Shown: positions 25,783 to 26,160 of the stretch, piece by piece
How the letters are laid out: each line of letters starts with the position of its first letter
How positions within the stretch are numbered: the stretch's first letter is position 1
Origin: a virus
Lineage: Duplodnaviria > Heunggongvirae > Uroviricota > Caudoviricetes
IMG/VR virus record: IMGVR_UViG_2657245132_000008
Coordinates: 1 to 26,160 of that record
Reading direction: 5' to 3' (one strand)
Length of the DNA stretch: 26,160 nt
The notes under the pieces: generated by a model
What the model saw: the letters and a program-made list of their open reading frames with translations, nothing else
Databases searched by the model: none
What the model was told of the DNA's origin: nothing
Position numbers and translations under genes: made by a program

Positions 25783-26160
25783 ATGAGTGACTATCATCAC
25801 GGCGTGCAGGTGCTGGAGATTAACGACGGCACCCGCGTCATTTCCACCGTATCCACTGCCATTGTCGGCATGGTCTGCACGGCCAGCGATGCGGATGCGG
25901 AAACCTTCCCCCTCAATAAACCGGTGCTGATTACCAATGTGCAGAGCGCAATTGCAAAGGCCGGTAAAAAAGGCACGCTGGCGGCATCGTTGCAGGCCAT
26001 CGCCGACCAGTCAAAACCGGTCACCGTTGTCGTGCGTGTGGAAGATGGCACCGGTGACGACGAGGAAACGAAACTCGCGCAGACCGTTTCCAATATCATC
26101 GGCACCACCGACGAAAACGGTCAGTACACCGGACTAAAAGCCCTGCTGGCGGCGGAGTCG
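25783..26160 (+). CDS. FI: Tail sheath protein gpFI, 5' part only (first 126 codons; continues beyond the window)
   Basis: GGAG RBS then ATG at ~25783; open frame to the window end ([21 protein letters not shown]...). Position after G and the Z/fun cargo as in P2. Absent from the ORF track because no stop occurs inside the window. Confidence 0.8.
   Translation, partial: MSDYHHGVQVLEINDGTRVISTVSTAIVGMVCTASDADAETFPLNKPVLITNVQSAIAKAGKKGTLAASLQAIADQSKPVTVVVRVEDGTGDDEETKLAQTVSNIIGTTDENGQYTGLKALLAAES

Noticed and set aside
25797-26108. 103-aa minus-strand ORF near the window end
   Set aside because: Antisense to the start of tail sheath gene FI, which has an RBS, an ATG and the expected position after G.
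1-26160. CRISPR arrays, tRNA/rRNA genes, retron (reverse transcriptase plus msr/msd) or toxin-antitoxin pairs
   Set aside because: Looked for these; no regularly spaced direct repeats, no cloverleaf-like conserved tRNA segments, no reverse-transcriptase-like ORF and no obvious small overlapping toxin-antitoxin pair were seen in either cargo island or elsewhere.

Overview
This window is the integrase-proximal ~26 kb of a P2-family (Peduovirus-like) prophage in an enterobacterial host. Gene order, orientation and protein lengths follow phage P2 almost gene for gene: int, C, cox, orf78-like, B, orf80-83-like, A, then cos, Q and P (minus strand), O-N-M-L-X, the lysis cassette Y-K-lysA-lysB-lysC, R-S-V-W-J-I, tail fibre H and G, and the 5' part of tail sheath FI. 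All backbone genes look intact. Two visibly AT-rich cargo islands interrupt the GC-rich backbone at the two positions where P2 carries its variable, non-essential genes. Island 1 (about 5776-9250, the P2 tin/old position between A and cos) carries a complete C5-cytosine DNA methyltransferase and, convergent to it, a two-gene operon encoding a ParB/DUF262-like protein and a 330-aa protein I cannot place in any family. Island 2 (about 24320-25780, the P2 Z/fun position between G and FI) carries one gene for a 251-aa membrane-anchored coiled-coil protein, bracketed by 35-bp inverted repeats. I rank island 1's two-gene operon as the best candidate for an undescribed anti-phage system, and island 2's gene second. 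Limits: no homology search was possible, so all calls rest on synteny, protein sizes recalled from P2, and motifs read by eye. The ORF-track coordinates are authoritative; coordinates I derived by hand for motifs, repeats and hairpins may be off by 1-2 nt (I hit one such 1-nt inconsistency near 8780-9000).
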